Below are positions 61,316 to 64,000 of a stretch of DNA of 64,000 nt, piece by piece; within the stretch, counting starts at the first letter, position 1, and every line of letters begins with the position of its first letter. The notes beneath the pieces were generated by a model, which was not told the DNA's origin, did no database searches, and was given only the letters and a program-made list of their open reading frames with translations. The stretch covers positions 128,001-192,000 of the forward strand of contig JAXGPA010000003.1 in assembly GCA_040767195.1 (NCBI GenBank), in the 5' to 3' direction. Made by a program: the position numbers and the translations under genes. The DNA comes from Syntrophales bacterium (GTDB lineage Bacteria > Desulfobacterota > Syntrophia > Syntrophales > UBA6807).

Positions 61316-62434
61316 CTATTCAGCAAGCCACTTTTTGTGACCTTTCAGTTCTTCCGTCTCCCACCGGGGGGACAGTCGAAGCGACAGGAAGTGGTCAAAA
61401 AGCTTTTCCACGGTTCCCAGAAGGGTTTCCACAAGCTGGATTCGCTCCAGGAGACGGCCTTCCCGGCTTTCTTCCTCGTCGGAAAAATCAACTGTCACGG
61501 GAAGCCTGAGGGTCTGGTAACGGAACGTTTCCGCCTTGAGGGTGAATTCCCACTGCTCAGAACCCAGGTCAACCCGAATACGGGCCTCCCGGATCTTCTT
61601 CCCTTCCCGGAGAGCCGCCTTCCCTTCCCGCAGGTCCGCGTGCATCCCCTGACAGGTCACCGTTTCGGCATACTCGCCTTCCCCGGACGAGAGAACCATT
61701 TTCCGTACAAAGATGAGCCCCATGTCTCCCATGCCCGGCAGAAGGATCGTGCCACCCCGCTCCTCGCTCTTATACCAGAGCCAGGAAAGAAATTCCTTGC
61801 CCAGGAAGGCGAAGTTCCTGTCCCCTTCCCTGTTGGACGGCGCCGCCGTCTCCCCGGGAAGGGCCCGCATTTTATCCACCGTCGCCCCGTCTCGGTCCTG
61901 GGGGTCCCAGGGGAACCAGGGCCTGAGTTTCATTTCAAAGGTCCTCCTGAAAAGGTCCTCGAAGTCTTCCAGGGTTTTCTTCCCCGATCCGCCGAAAAGA
62001 AGCCTCCCCTCCGAAAGGTTCCAGCAGATTTCGGAAAAAGACGGTGTGGGAGGAGTCTGTGAAAGGCAGGAAAGAAAAACGGCATCGCGAATGTCCTCCC
62101 GCTCGTTTTTGTAAAGTTTCTTCCGCCTGCTTTCCTCGAGGACCTTTTTTTCCCGTTCAAGGGTCCGGATCCTGAGCAGAGCCGGTGGGACGAGCCGGCG
62201 GTCGACCCGGAGCAGAAAGGTGAAATAATCCGCCACGGCATAGGAAAGGTAGGAAAAGGCCGTGTCCAGAGGGTTTTCCAGGCTTGTCCAGCCGAGCGAT
62301 TTTTCACCGGTCGGCATAAGTTCCTGAAAGGCGAAGCGCTTCAACTGCCTGTCGGCGAAGTCCCTGAATCCGACGGGGAGGTCCCCGTCGACCCGGTATA
62401 TGACGAAAGAAAGAGTTCCCTTCAGAAGACCCAT
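61316..62434 (-). CDS. RdgC-like recombination-associated protein
   Basis: MGLLKG, GW, LRVDRR.VP, F..LF..TF plus LGKEFLSWLW second module. Confidence 0.65.
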   Translation of the reverse strand: MGLLKGTLSFVIYRVDGDLPVGFRDFADRQLKRFAFQELMPTGEKSLGWTSLENPLDTAFSYLSYAVADYFTFLLRVDRRLVPPALLRIRTLEREKKVLEESRRKKLYKNEREDIRDAVFLSCLSQTPPTPSFSEICWNLSEGRLLFGGSGKKTLEDFEDLFRRTFEMKLRPWFPWDPQDRDGATVDKMRALPGETAAPSNREGDRNFAFLGKEFLSWLWYKSEERGGTILLPGMGDMGLIFVRKMVLSSGEGEYAETVTCQGMHADLREGKAALREGKKIREARIRVDLGSEQWEFTLKAETFRYQTLRLPVTVDFSDEEESREGRLLERIQLVETLLGTVEKLFDHFLSLRLSPRWETEELKGHKKWLAE

Positions 62435-62641
62435 GAATACCCCTGTTCCCGATCTGGATTGAGACGAACCTTACGCAGTTTCGGGAGGGCTGTCAAGGCG
62501 ATTTCATCTTGGCCGGTCCCTTTCGCATGGACAGGAAATCCGTTTTTGTGATAGTCATAGAAAGCAAGTGGTCAATGGGAGCTTGAGCTTTTTCAAGACC
62601 CGTTTAAACCGCAACACCCCTTTCAGGAATCTTTTCAAACA

Positions 62642-63511
62642 ATGGCCAAGACATTGGAAAAAATCGGCATTATCGCCAACACGGACAAGAAGGACGCCGT
62701 CCGATGCACCCTCGAACTCCTTGAGTGGCTGGAAGAAAGAAACGTCGAAGTCCTGCTGGAAAGGGAAATCGCCGCAAAAACGGGGAAAGGCCCCGGAACG
62801 GAGAGGACCCTCCTTCCCGCCGCGGTGGACCTCATGGTGGTTTTCGGGGGGGACGGGACACTCCTGTCCGCCGCCCGAACGACGGCCGGTCACGAAGTGC
62901 CCGTCGTCGGGATCAATCTCGGCGGATTCGGCTTCATGACGGTGGTGAACCTGAACGAAATGCTCCCCACTATGGAACTTATCCTCGAAGGCCGGTTCAG
63001 GACATCGAAACGGATGATGCTGGACGTCACGTTGCCGGGCGAAGAAAAGGACGTCCCTTTCGAGACCGTTCTGAACGATGTCGTCATCAACCGGGGAAAC
63101 CTGTCCCGGATGATTCACCTGGAAACCTTCGTGGACGACTCTTATCTCAACACCTTCAAGGCGGACGGCCTCATCATCGCCACGCCCACGGGCTCCACCG
63201 CTTATTCCCTGTCGGCGGGCGGCCCGATCGTTTTCCCGGAGCTTCAGTCCATCATCGTCAACCCCATCTGTCCCCACACCCTGACGAACCGGCCCGTCAT
63301 GCTTCCACCGGACGCCACGATCCGGGTCATTCTGTGGACCAAGGAGGAATGCGCCACCCTGACCCTGGACGGGCAGATTTCCAGGGTCATCCGATCCGGA
63401 GAGGCCTTCGAGGTTCGGAGGTCGAATACCCTCATCCATCTTGTCGACTCGCCCTACCACAACTACCTGGAGATTGTCCGCAACAAGCTCGGCTGGGGGG
63501 GGCTGCCCTGA
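62642..63511 (+). CDS. nadK: NAD kinase
   Basis: GGDGT, LND, ADG...TPTGSTAYSLSAGGP. Confidence 0.93.
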   Translation: MAKTLEKIGIIANTDKKDAVRCTLELLEWLEERNVEVLLEREIAAKTGKGPGTERTLLPAAVDLMVVFGGDGTLLSAARTTAGHEVPVVGINLGGFGFMTVVNLNEMLPTMELILEGRFRTSKRMMLDVTLPGEEKDVPFETVLNDVVINRGNLSRMIHLETFVDDSYLNTFKADGLIIATPTGSTAYSLSAGGPIVFPELQSIIVNPICPHTLTNRPVMLPPDATIRVILWTKEECATLTLDGQISRVIRSGEAFEVRRSNTLIHLVDSPYHNYLEIVRNKLGWGGLP

Positions 63512-63517
63512 ACGGAC

Positions 63518-64000
63518 ATGCTGAAAGAGCTCAACATCCGGAACCTTGCCATCATAGACGACCTGAGGGTTTCCTTTGCCGACGGGCTCACCGTCATCTC
63601 CGGGGAGACCGGCGCGGGAAAGTCCATCATCATGGAAGCCGTCGGCCTTCTTCAGGGGGACCGGGCGACAACGGACTGGATCCGCTCATCGGAAGACGCC
63701 GCCGTGGTGGAGGCTTTATTTGACATCGGCAGCCGCCCCGGACTTCAGGAAAAACTCGAATCCCTGGGTTTTGAACGCCAGGACGAGATCGTCATAAGGC
63801 GCATCATCTCCAGGACGGGAAAGAACCGGGCCTATGTGAACGGGTCCCTGGCGACGCTGTCGGCCCTTTCCCTGCTCGGCGAGTCCCTGGTGAACATCTG
63901 CAGCCAGCACGAGCACCAGAGCATCCTGAACCCGGAACACCATCGGGCGATCCTCGACCGGTTCGGAAACCTGGAGGACCCGGTAGAGGGCTACGGGCGT
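63518..64000 (+). CDS. recN: DNA repair protein RecN, N-terminal part (runs off window)
   Basis: MLKELNIRNLAII, SGETGAGKSII, NICSQHEHQ; follows nadK. Confidence 0.9.
   Translation, partial: MLKELNIRNLAIIDDLRVSFADGLTVISGETGAGKSIIMEAVGLLQGDRATTDWIRSSEDAAVVEALFDIGSRPGLQEKLESLGFERQDEIVIRRIISRTGKNRAYVNGSLATLSALSLLGESLVNICSQHEHQSILNPEHHRAILDRFGNLEDPVEGYGR

Overview
GC-rich bacterial chromosome segment. The gene content (IorAB, VorABCD, NrpR, CoA-transferase, RdgC-like) suggests an anaerobic Desulfobacterota/Syntrophales-type organism; this is inference. The backbone carries iorAB, cbpA, a LIV-type ABC/acyl-CoA ligase operon, hflKC, pgm, vor, rmuC, gdhA, pqiABC, xerD, nadK, recN, tRNA-His and tRNA-Leu, plus a probable chromosomal dif site at 3742-3769. 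There are three main non-routine signals. (1) An HUH/Y1 (RAYT-like) transposase sits in a 948-bp element with bipartite inverted ends: a terminal GGGGTCGGACCAAG box and a (G)GC(C)TTA box exactly 64 nt inward. It has a family of internally deleted ~300-bp derivatives and solo ends, all in one orientation, abutting gene starts and stops, often with 'stutter' duplications of the flank. (2) A ~14.6-kb accessory region 3' of tRNA-His holds a co-oriented gene array with several attC-like sites but no integron integrase. It is interleaved with those HUH-element derivatives and capped by a divergent PIF1-WYL helicase. (3) A Phe-rich leader peptide plus terminators (a candidate phenylalanine attenuator) precedes the ABC/CoA-ligase operon near iorAB. 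All calls come from reading the sequence; no database searches were run.
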